From Candidatus Iainarchaeum sp. (lineage in GTDB: Archaea > Iainarchaeota > Iainarchaeia > Iainarchaeales > DTGL01), in the NCBI GenBank assembly GCA_026413945.1, contig JAOAJX010000002.1, positions 21,437-85,436 of the forward strand: DNA of 64,000 nt. Direction: 5' to 3'. Below the pieces are notes generated by a model. It did no database searches and had not been told where the DNA came from. It saw nothing but the letters and a program-made list of their open reading frames with translations. Shown here piece by piece: positions 38,941-47,142 of the stretch (positions are counted from its first letter, which is position 1; each line of letters begins with the position of its first letter). Position numbers and translations under genes: made by a program.

Positions 38941-39459
38941 ATGCCTGAAAACGACTCCAAAATAATAAAAATGCTTTTCAAGGGACATCTTAAATATCTT
39001 GTACTAAAAGCACTAAAGCAAAAGAAATTGCATGGCTATGCTCTTGACAATGCATGTTTTGAGCTTACAAACCGCATGTGGAAGCCATCTTTCGGTTCCT
39101 TATACCCAGTGCTTGCAAAGCTTGAAAAAAACGGGCTTATAAGAAGCTCTGCTGAGAATAAGGGAAGAAAAATAAAGCAGTATTCTTTAACTCGCAAAGG
39201 GAGAAGAGAGCTAGGCAAAATAGAAAAAAGCATGGACTGCTTAAAGCAGCTTGTAAAAGTAAAGGAAAGAACAAGAGAAAGCATAATAGAGGGCTTGTCT
39301 AAAGTGGCTTGCAAAGAGCTACAAAAACTACAAAAAAGCTTTCTTAGTCTCTCCATATTGGCAAATGAGGGAAAGCTTAGTAACAGTCAGATAAGAGAAA
39401 TCCGTGCTGAAATGAACGAATTTAACAATAGAATAAAAGAGATAGCAAAAATGAGTTAG
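38941..39459 (+). CDS. PadR family transcriptional regulator
   Basis: LHGY, WKPSFGSLYPVL..LEKNGLI, YSLTRKG. Confidence 0.9.
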   Translation: MPENDSKIIKMLFKGHLKYLVLKALKQKKLHGYALDNACFELTNRMWKPSFGSLYPVLAKLEKNGLIRSSAENKGRKIKQYSLTRKGRRELGKIEKSMDCLKQLVKVKERTRESIIEGLSKVACKELQKLQKSFLSLSILANEGKLSNSQIREIRAEMNEFNNRIKEIAKMS

Positions 39460-39518
39460 CTTTTATGCGATGCATTTTATAATTTAGTTTAATACTATTT
39501 TATAGCACACCAATAAAT

Positions 39519-39602
39519 GCACGGGTGTCCGAGTGGCCAAAGGAGCAGGGCTTAGGACCCTGCGGCTTAGTGCCTTCCCAGGTTCGAATCCTGGCCCGTG
39601 CA
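39519..39602 (+). tRNA. tRNA-Leu(TAG)
   Basis: GCACGGG/CCCGTGC acceptor stem, CAGGG-CT TAG GA-CCCTG, long variable arm, GGTTCGAATCC. Confidence 0.95.
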
Positions 39603-39639
39603 TTTTAACTATAAATGAAAGAGAATGTAATGCGCACAG

Positions 39640-40851
39640 TCATCTTAAAAGCTCTGGCGCAAAAAGCAAAATAAGGCCAAGCAGTATAAGTATTGCTCCG
39701 CCAATTCCCTTGCAGTATCTTGCGTATTTTTCCCCGAGTTTGCTGCTTAATGCAAAGGCAGCAGTACCAAAAATTAACAGATCATCGAGCATGAAAAAGA
39801 AAACATAAAGCGTTATATAAAAATAGCGCTCTATTGAAGCAATGGCACTTAAAGCGAGGATTTGAGTAAAAACAGCAGGTAAAGCAGAGCTACACACAAA
39901 TTCAATAGAATTTACGACAAAAGCCAAGGCAAAAATACCAAAAATCACAGCAATTGAAAGGGGTTTTGAAACAAGTTCCTCAATTCTGCTAATTGTTTTT
40001 TCATGCGATTTTTCATCGCCAACTTTGCATGTTATTGTGCCTTTAGTGGTTAAGAAATCTTTTAAGCCATATATGCCCCCGCCAAGTGCAACAAGCCCTA
40101 TCAATATTGTTACAGACCTAAGATATCCAACAAACAAGAACAAATTAAGCCATGCGGTCATAAACAAGAAATAAAGTATGCCTGAAGCAAGCACGAAGCT
40201 TCCAACAATTAGCCATATCTTTTTTCTCTCCCCGATGCCAACCAAAAGCGCTATTAAATATACAAGAACCCACATAGCACAGGGATTAAAGCCATCAATC
40301 AGGCCGAGAATTATTGCTAAAACTGGAAGAGAAAATGAAGTAAGATCCGTTTTTCCGAGAAATGGCAGTTTAAACTCTTTAAGATTCTCTTCAAGGCCTT
40401 GCGACTTGTGATGGCTAACTTGACCTGCTTGTGCGCGCTTGCATTCCTCAATGCACTCTAGTATTGTGCTTCTTATTTCCTCTTTAGAATGCACACCAAT
40501 TAAGGCCCTTATATGATCTTTACCAACAAATATTGCTGGAACTCTGACTCTGGGTTCTAGGCCTACTTCAGAGGCAAGTTTGTGATAAAGAGAAAGCCCT
40601 TCAGGTGTTGAAGCATCATGGAAAAAAAAATTTATATCGCGCATTTCTTTTTGAAGTTCGAGAACAATTGGCCTTTGCTCAGCGCAATGCGGGCATGTTG
40701 GAAGATAAAAGTAATGAACTGCAAAGCCCTCTATTGTTGTGGGCTGGCTTGTCTGTTGGTATAATAAAAGAAAAGTGCCCAGCATGGCAAGAGCTAAGAA
40801 AAGAACCAAATTGAACCTTGAGCCGAAAAAACTCTTTATAGAAGAGAGCAT
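39640..40851 (-). CDS. glutaredoxin-like domain fused to a CcdA/DsbD-like transmembrane domain
   Basis: CPHC, then DGFNPCAMWVL and EFVCS TM cysteine pair. Confidence 0.8.
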   Translation of the reverse strand: MLSSIKSFFGSRFNLVLFLALAMLGTFLLLYQQTSQPTTIEGFAVHYFYLPTCPHCAEQRPIVLELQKEMRDINFFFHDASTPEGLSLYHKLASEVGLEPRVRVPAIFVGKDHIRALIGVHSKEEIRSTILECIEECKRAQAGQVSHHKSQGLEENLKEFKLPFLGKTDLTSFSLPVLAIILGLIDGFNPCAMWVLVYLIALLVGIGERKKIWLIVGSFVLASGILYFLFMTAWLNLFLFVGYLRSVTILIGLVALGGGIYGLKDFLTTKGTITCKVGDEKSHEKTISRIEELVSKPLSIAVIFGIFALAFVVNSIEFVCSSALPAVFTQILALSAIASIERYFYITLYVFFFMLDDLLIFGTAAFALSSKLGEKYARYCKGIGGAILILLGLILLFAPELLR

Positions 40852-40895
40852 ATTGAGATATTTAGATTAAATGTTTAAATAACCTTCTTTTTTTT

Positions 40896-41405
40896 ATGAT
40901 AAGTATGTATTGCAAATATTCAAAAAAAGCCTTTTTGCTTTTTATTCTGAGCTTCACTATATTTTTGTTAGCTATTGTACTTAGCGGCTGCATCGAGGAA
41001 ACAAAAAAAGAGATTAATGCATCAGAGCAAGAAAATATTACCAACTATGGCCAAATTTCACCACAAAAAACCCATGTTGCTTTATCAATCGAAACCGACA
41101 AGAAAGAATACTCATCCAATGAAAATGCAAAGATTAACGTTATTGCGATATCTTCTGCCAGCATTCCAAATGTAAAGGTAAAAATCTGGGGAATAGAAAC
41201 TTACACTAGAAATTACATTCAAGATGAAAGAATAGTAAATCTAAAAATCGGGGATAATAGAATAGAGTTCAATACAAAAATGCCTTATTGCACTTCTGGC
41301 TGTGGTGGCGTATATCCCGGAGCATATTTAATACATGCAACTTTAGAGGCCCAAGGCAATGAAATTGCGCAGGCCAAGACAGAAATTTTGCTCCTAAATA
41401 AATAA
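40896..41405 (+). CDS. putative lipoprotein with Ig-like domain
   Basis: Hydrophobic N-terminus with LSGC lipobox; TDKKEY..; PYCTSGCGG. Confidence 0.65.
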   Translation: MISMYCKYSKKAFLLFILSFTIFLLAIVLSGCIEETKKEINASEQENITNYGQISPQKTHVALSIETDKKEYSSNENAKINVIAISSASIPNVKVKIWGIETYTRNYIQDERIVNLKIGDNRIEFNTKMPYCTSGCGGVYPGAYLIHATLEAQGNEIAQAKTEILLLNK

Positions 41406-41407
41406 CC

Positions 41408-41641
41408 TTAATCGTGTTCCTCGAAGGCTTTCGCTTGCTCTGGATCATTCTTTTGAATCCATTCCATCAGCATTGCAACATGCTCTTTTTCTTCATCCCT
41501 GTTGTGCTCCAATATTCTCTTTAGTTTTGTATCTTTTGTGCTAACAATTCTTGTCTCATACCAATTTATTGCCTCAAGCTCTTCAATCAAGCTTTGCCTT
41601 GCCATCTTTAAATCTGTATTTTCAACTTCCTTGGAATACAT
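41408..41641 (-). CDS. encapsulated-ferritin (EncFtn)-like protein
   Basis: SLIEELEAINWY..HNRDEEKEH motif; GGGGGTGA SD. Confidence 0.85.
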   Translation of the reverse strand: MYSKEVENTDLKMARQSLIEELEAINWYETRIVSTKDTKLKRILEHNRDEEKEHVAMLMEWIQKNDPEQAKAFEEHD

Positions 41642-41654
41642 AAATTCACCCCCT

Positions 41655-42410
41655 TTATACCAACATCACAAGCGTAATACCCATTACGGCACAGCCAACA
41701 AAAAAGCCAAAGGTCATTATATGCTGCTTTTCAGACACGCAATCATATGCAACTGGGAGAAGCTCATCTATACAAATATAAACCATTATCCCAGCAACAA
41801 TGGCAAGCGAAGCGCCTATAAGTTGCGCTGACAATAAAGGAACTAAGAAAACTGCAGCAATAACAGCACCTAGCGGCTCAGCAATGCCGGAAAGAAATGA
41901 CGCCAAAAAGGCTTTCTTTCTGCTCTTTGTTGCATAATAAACAGGCATAGAAACAGCAAAACCTTCTGCTATGTTGTGTATTGCAATCGCTAACGCAATG
42001 ACAATACCGAGCTTAATAGAACTTAAGCTTGCGGCGAATATTGCAAAGCCTTCTGGAAGGTTGTGTATGGAAACACCGAGTGCAACGAGCACGCCTATTC
42101 TAAACAACCTTTTTTCAGAAACTTTTCCTTTATTTTCATCCTCAAGAAGATAGCTGTGTGGCACAAAAAAGTCAGTAAAAAAAGCAATGCATGAACCTAC
42201 AAAGAAAAGAGTTAGTGCAGTTCCATAGCCAAGCACTTCAATGCCTGCTGGCAAAATCTCAACAAATGAAACCATTAGCATTACGCCAGTTGCAAAGGCC
42301 AGTGAAAAGCCCAAATAATATTTTTTAAAGTCCCTAATAAGAAAAATTAATAAGCCACCAACAGCGGTGCTAATGCCAGCAAAAAAAGCCAAAAGAAAGC
42401 CATTCAGCAT
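41655..42410 (-). CDS. zupT: ZIP family metal transporter (ZupT-like)
   Basis: HNLPEG, HNIAEG, SGIAEP, ELLP. Confidence 0.9.
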   Translation of the reverse strand: MLNGFLLAFFAGISTAVGGLLIFLIRDFKKYYLGFSLAFATGVMLMVSFVEILPAGIEVLGYGTALTLFFVGSCIAFFTDFFVPHSYLLEDENKGKVSEKRLFRIGVLVALGVSIHNLPEGFAIFAASLSSIKLGIVIALAIAIHNIAEGFAVSMPVYYATKSRKKAFLASFLSGIAEPLGAVIAAVFLVPLLSAQLIGASLAIVAGIMVYICIDELLPVAYDCVSEKQHIMTFGFFVGCAVMGITLVMLV

Positions 42411-42495
42411 ACTATGAAAAATTACTGCCAAGAACATTTAAAATAATAATTAGTAAAATAAGATAATAGGGTTTGCCGTCAAATGGGGTTATAAG

Positions 42496-42693
42496 ATGGA
42501 ATGCAAAAAGGAAAGAAATCTTAAGAATTGTCCATGCTCTTATCAAGGTTGTTCAAGAAAAGGCATTTGCTGTGAATGCCTTAAGCATCATCGTGAAAAT
42601 GGTGAATTGCCTGCATGCTATTTTTCTAAAGAAGCAGAAAAAAAATATGATAGGAGCATTGAGGCATTTATAGAAGATTGGAAAAAGCGCTGA
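42496..42693 (+). CDS. small Cys-rich protein (DUF6485-like)
   Basis: C..N..CPCSY.GC.RKG.CCEC..HH....LPACYF..YDRS pattern. Confidence 0.75.
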   Translation: MECKKERNLKNCPCSYQGCSRKGICCECLKHHRENGELPACYFSKEAEKKYDRSIEAFIEDWKKR

Positions 42694-42703
42694 TAGAATT
42701 TCT

Positions 42704-43363
42704 TTAGTGAGAGCGATTCTCAAGTATTTTATTTAGTGCGTTAATTTCCATCTGCAGCAAATCCCGAATTTCACCTTTTGCGCTCTTTATTTCTTGTTTT
42801 AATCGTTCCATTTCAGCTTTAATTTCATTTCCTGGCTTTTGTGACCAACTATTAAATTTCTCAAGATAAGCTTTGATAAGTTTTCTCTGCCTTGGATCAT
42901 GAAGCTCTTGTGCAGCATGTGGCGTTTTCCTCAATAAGGAAATGGCCTCCCTTTCATGCCAACTGCCAGTTGCTTTAATTTCACCAATAACGGTTCTTAT
43001 TGATTGTTCTCCAACTTTAAGCTTTCTAGCAAGCTCTCCTTTACTCCTAACGCCTTTTAATATTTGTTCTACAACTTTTTGTCTAAGAGCAGCTAGTCTT
43101 CTTCTTTCTTTAATAATAATTGCCCTTTTATGCTCAGCAACAATCGACATTGTTTCTGGCTCTAAAGATAAGCGGAAAAGATCTCTTTGTACAGCGTCTT
43201 GGCTTATTCCCAGCATTGTCGCGAGTTCTTTTGTTGGTATTCCTGGCCTTCTAGTTATAATTTCAATCAATTTCTTGCGCCTTTCCGCAATGTCTGACCG
43301 CCTCAATTTTGGCAACCTGAAAGGCTCTTTTGATGTCATTCCACGATTCTTGCTTATTGGCAT
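42704..43363 (-). CDS. tandem-HTH protein with basic N-terminal leader
   Basis: Two HTH-like segments (TKELATMLGISQDAVQRDL; SKGELARKLKVGEQSIR); paralog of the 44515 gene. Confidence 0.7.
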   Translation of the reverse strand: MPISKNRGMTSKEPFRLPKLRRSDIAERRKKLIEIITRRPGIPTKELATMLGISQDAVQRDLFRLSLEPETMSIVAEHKRAIIIKERRRLAALRQKVVEQILKGVRSKGELARKLKVGEQSIRTVIGEIKATGSWHEREAISLLRKTPHAAQELHDPRQRKLIKAYLEKFNSWSQKPGNEIKAEMERLKQEIKSAKGEIRDLLQMEINALNKILENRSH

Positions 43364-43364
43364 C

Positions 43365-44390
43365 CTATTTTCTCCTTATTAGATCACCCAAGCTAAAGCG
43401 CTTTTTTTCTTCTGGCTCTTTTTCTTTTTGATCGCCCTTATATGCCCAGCGACCGCCTGCTTGCACATCCTCGGTAATTACGTCTTCAAGCACTTCACTG
43501 GTGTCTTTATGGCTTTCTGTCTCAAATAAGCTTCTGCGCTTGCTTTTCTTCTTTGCGATTGACAAAGCAAGGAAGATGGCAACAACCAGCAAAACCAAGG
43601 TTAAGAAAATAGCACTATTTTCAAGAGTAAGAAAACCAAATGCTGGAGTCTTTTTTTCTTCCATTTTTTCCTCAACCTTTCCGACTCTTTCTGTCAAAAC
43701 AGTAATTTGTTCATTTAGATCATTATACTGAGCTTTTGCTTCTGAAAGCGATGCCTTTTGCTCATTAAGTGAATCATTTGTGCTTGAAAGGCTTGTGCTT
43801 AGCTGATCAACCTCAGCTTCCAAATCTTGCAATGATTTAGACAATGACTGCAGCTCATTTTTGAGCGATGAAACTTCTGCTTCATTATTGCTTAGTTTGG
43901 TTTCGAGTGATGATGTTTTATCTTTAACCGCATTTATTTCACTCTTAAGGGAATTCAGCTCTGATTTAAGTGAGCTTACATCTCTGTTCAAAGCATCAAA
44001 ATTCGAGGCACTTGCAACCTTGAAAACATTAAAAGTTACAGAATCTTTGCTTTTAGTTGAATTAGCTGCTAAAAGACGTATTTCAAGCTCATATTTTCCT
44101 GCCTTTAAGGGATTTAGCAGAAGCACAAGGCTTTTATCCCCCAAAGGCGAATATTCCTTATAATAGGCAACATATTCTGCATTTGTCTCAACACCTAGCT
44201 TTTGAGTGAATATAACCTTATCACCCAAAAGCACACGTATCTCATCAAAGCCGGTTTCGGAAATTTTAGCAAAAGCTGAGAAACTCGTGCCTTCTGGAAC
44301 ATTTTCTGGCAAAATAAGATTCAATGCAAAAGCATTGGTTAGGAAAAACCATAAAACAAATAATACAAAAGCCCTTTTTAAAAAAACCAT
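43365..44390 (-). CDS. signal-peptide-bearing coiled-coil membrane-anchored protein
   Basis: Signal peptide, Ig-like domain, long heptad region, TM, cytoplasmic tail; GAGGGTGAT SD. Confidence 0.75.
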   Translation of the reverse strand: MVFLKRAFVLFVLWFFLTNAFALNLILPENVPEGTSFSAFAKISETGFDEIRVLLGDKVIFTQKLGVETNAEYVAYYKEYSPLGDKSLVLLLNPLKAGKYELEIRLLAANSTKSKDSVTFNVFKVASASNFDALNRDVSSLKSELNSLKSEINAVKDKTSSLETKLSNNEAEVSSLKNELQSLSKSLQDLEAEVDQLSTSLSSTNDSLNEQKASLSEAKAQYNDLNEQITVLTERVGKVEEKMEEKKTPAFGFLTLENSAIFLTLVLLVVAIFLALSIAKKKSKRRSLFETESHKDTSEVLEDVITEDVQAGGRWAYKGDQKEKEPEEKKRFSLGDLIRRK

Positions 44391-44514
44391 AAAATCACCC
44401 TCCTGATTTGAGCTCATTGCTGCTTTGTTTGTGAAAAACCACTATAATTAAGATATGAGGTATTTAATATATCTTACGGAAATTATGCTAAATTTCCTGT
44501 AGCAATAAAAAGCG

Positions 44515-45225
44515 CTAATCTCGCCTCTTCTCGAGTATTTTTTTTAGGGCGTTGACCATCATCTGAAGCTTGTCACGCTCTTCACCACTGGCTCTTTTAA
44601 TTTCCAAATTAAGTCTTTTTATCTCGCCATCAATGGCTGGTGTTGGTCTATCCTTCCATTCGGCAAATTTCTCAAGGTAAGTAGTTAATAGCATTCTTTG
44701 CCTCTTATCCATTAATGGCATTTCTCCAACGGCTGATCTTGCAAAGTTTAGTCTTGCTACAAGTTCCTTTTCATAATCGCTTCCTTTTGTCATAATCTCC
44801 CTTACTAAGCTATGAAGAAACTCCTTGCCTATGCCCAGGGCTTTAATGAGTTCTTCCTGACTTAAAATATTGCGCCTTATCAATTCAAGCAGCTCTCTTT
44901 TTTTTATTTCCCTCTTCAAACGTTTATTCAATTCCTTGGCTCTCTTACTCTCTAAAACTACTTGCTTTGTTCTCGGATCATTTAATAGCTTAGCTATATA
45001 AGACTCAACTGTTGACTTTGGCATACCAAGCATTTGTGCAAGTTCTCTGTGTGTTATCGTTGGTCTTTCACGCAAGATTTCAATAATTTGCATGCATCTC
45101 TGCTCTGCTTCTGCCTTGTTGGCCATTCTTCTCCCAAGAGGTTTTCCTTTTCCATGACTATTTGGGCCTAATGGCATCCTTCTCATCGATGCTGACATAA
45201 TCATGGCCTCACTAAAAATCAGCAC
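44515..45225 (-). CDS. tandem-HTH protein with basic N-terminal leader (paralog)
   Basis: THRELAQMLGMPKSTVESYI; C-terminal domain shared with the 42704 gene; start uncertain (probably 45198 or 45186). Confidence 0.7.
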   Translation of the reverse strand: MLIFSEAMIMSASMRRMPLGPNSHGKGKPLGRRMANKAEAEQRCMQIIEILRERPTITHRELAQMLGMPKSTVESYIAKLLNDPRTKQVVLESKRAKELNKRLKREIKKRELLELIRRNILSQEELIKALGIGKEFLHSLVREIMTKGSDYEKELVARLNFARSAVGEMPLMDKRQRMLLTTYLEKFAEWKDRPTPAIDGEIKRLNLEIKRASGEERDKLQMMVNALKKILEKRRD

Positions 45226-45318
45226 AATTATATTCGAAGTAATTTATATATTTAACGGGAAATTGGCTGATAACTACCCAATATCCTTTTATTTTTTATT
45301 TTTCATTGTAGCTCAATA

Positions 45319-45390
45319 GGGCCTGTGGTCTAGTGGTATGACGCCACCTTCACACGGTGGAAGTCAGCGGTTCAATTCCGCTCAGGCCCA
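45319..45390 (+). tRNA. tRNA-Val(CAC)
   Basis: GGGCCTG/CAGGCCC acceptor stem, CCACC-TT CAC AC-GGTGG, GGTTCAATTCC. Confidence 0.95.
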
Positions 45391-45539
45391 TTTTTAGTTT
45401 TTGCTTTTTGGAAAAGGAGTTGACTTGACTATGCCTCTATGCTGCCTCTGGACAAAAAATACGCGGTTGAGTAAAATGTTATGCACATCTCAATGGCGTA
45501 TATAAAAAAGCCACCTCTTTTTCCTCTTCCAAACAAGGA

Positions 45540-47090
45540 CTATTTTGCCACAATTACTTTTCCCTTGTGGCCATTTTCCTTTATTTCAGTGAGCACGGAC
45601 AAAAGCTGCCATGTTGACCCGGCATAGGCCTTAACAAGAATTATGCTTCTATCACCATATTCAAAGCGCTTCATCACTTCTATATCAGCAAATTTATCGC
45701 CGATATACTGCCTTGAGTCAGTATTCTTATCCCAGTAGATGTAAATCGACTCGTAAAAAGGCCTCAATGCAGTTTCATCAGCATAAAGATAAGTTTCTGG
45801 CTTTAGTTTTTGCCTTAGATAATCGGCAACCTCTTTATCTGTAACAATGCCATTGGGCATTATTTTAGCAAAAGCAACCCACCCAGTCTTGTTTAGCTCA
45901 AGCACTGTGCCAAAATTCTCAAGCTCCTGTTTTAAAGCTCCTTCATTCAATTCCCTTGGGAGCCCATAGATGAAAAGGCCGGCACCTGGCTCAATATCAG
46001 CATATATTTTTGAATAATCAACAAGTATCTTGCCATTAGCATATGGCAAAAGTGTCCTGTAAATTTCGGCCCAAGAAAAATAAAGAAGCACAACTGAAAC
46101 AAAAAAAACCACGGCTTCTTTCTTATGCGAAAACAAAAATGAAAACTTATTTGTTTTTTCTTTGCCTTTAATTATTTGGAAAAGCTCATAAGCACTGAAG
46201 TAAGTCATATAAGCAAAGGCCATAAAAAACACTAAGCCAAGCTGGAAATTGCTCACTGGAATATAATAGTCAAAGATTGCAACGCTCAAGTAATTTATGG
46301 CAAAGGTTATTGCAAGTGCAAATATTGCTTTTGAAATATGGCCTTTGCAGAAATTAAAATAGCGCCTTGCAATAAAAAGAATGAAAAGGAAAATAACGCT
46401 ACTTATGGGTGCTGCTGCAATGCCACCATCAATTATGTATATTAGAAACCCAAGCGCTGATGCGCTTAAGATGAAAAAGTCAAAGAATGAAAGCTTTGAG
46501 GATATTGAAAAAAAGTATGCGATTAGCAAAAGCATAGAAAGAAGCACTATTGAAAGGTAAAGCTTTGCGTAAAGTTCTGCATCGGGCAATACCTCAAACC
46601 AAGGCCTACCATCATCGTATTTTTGCCCAAAATCAAGACCGATGAGGTTAGCAACATAGTAAACCGAAACCTTTGGAAAGTGGTTATGGTAGAACTTGCT
46701 TGCCTCCCAGTTCTTGTAGTTATCTTCGTAGATTATTGAACCAAACATCCATCTTGGCTTATATTTCACACCAAAGCTTATGAATTGGAAAGCGCCTAGG
46801 TAAAAGCCAAATGATATTAACACGAGAAAACACACAAGCAACGCTTTTTCATATCGTGAGAAAAAAGTGTGGAGCTTAAAAAAATAGCCAAAAGCCAAAA
46901 TCAGCGCGGACAATATAAGCCACGCAAAAGTAACTATGAGCTTTCCCAATGAATAGCCGCTGTAATATGATTTATTTATCGCATAAAGAGCATTTAGCAA
47001 TGGCTCATAACTCAGTGCGATTGCAAATAAAAACGCAGCTACTACTGTGAAAACTACAAGCTGAAAGTCAAGCCTTTCCAGAAGCTTCAT
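45540..47090 (-). CDS. polytopic membrane protein of unknown function
   Basis: Many TMs, a loop with HNHFPK, C-terminal soluble domain. Confidence 0.7.
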   Translation of the reverse strand: MKLLERLDFQLVVFTVVAAFLFAIALSYEPLLNALYAINKSYYSGYSLGKLIVTFAWLILSALILAFGYFFKLHTFFSRYEKALLVCFLVLISFGFYLGAFQFISFGVKYKPRWMFGSIIYEDNYKNWEASKFYHNHFPKVSVYYVANLIGLDFGQKYDDGRPWFEVLPDAELYAKLYLSIVLLSMLLLIAYFFSISSKLSFFDFFILSASALGFLIYIIDGGIAAAPISSVIFLFILFIARRYFNFCKGHISKAIFALAITFAINYLSVAIFDYYIPVSNFQLGLVFFMAFAYMTYFSAYELFQIIKGKEKTNKFSFLFSHKKEAVVFFVSVVLLYFSWAEIYRTLLPYANGKILVDYSKIYADIEPGAGLFIYGLPRELNEGALKQELENFGTVLELNKTGWVAFAKIMPNGIVTDKEVADYLRQKLKPETYLYADETALRPFYESIYIYWDKNTDSRQYIGDKFADIEVMKRFEYGDRSIILVKAYAGSTWQLLSVLTEIKENGHKGKVIVAK

Positions 47091-47142
47091 AAAAGACTAT
47101 ATAAACATGAATATTTTAAATCGCTGCCCATAATAGTAATTT

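Noticed and set aside
39533-39808. 91-aa ORF MAKGAGLRTL...
   Set aside because: It overlaps tRNA-Leu and the antisense of a real gene, so it is a shadow ORF
45431-45505. 24-aa ORF MPLCCLWTKNTR... downstream of tRNA-Val
   Set aside because: Weak, poorly spaced SD and no compositional or motif support
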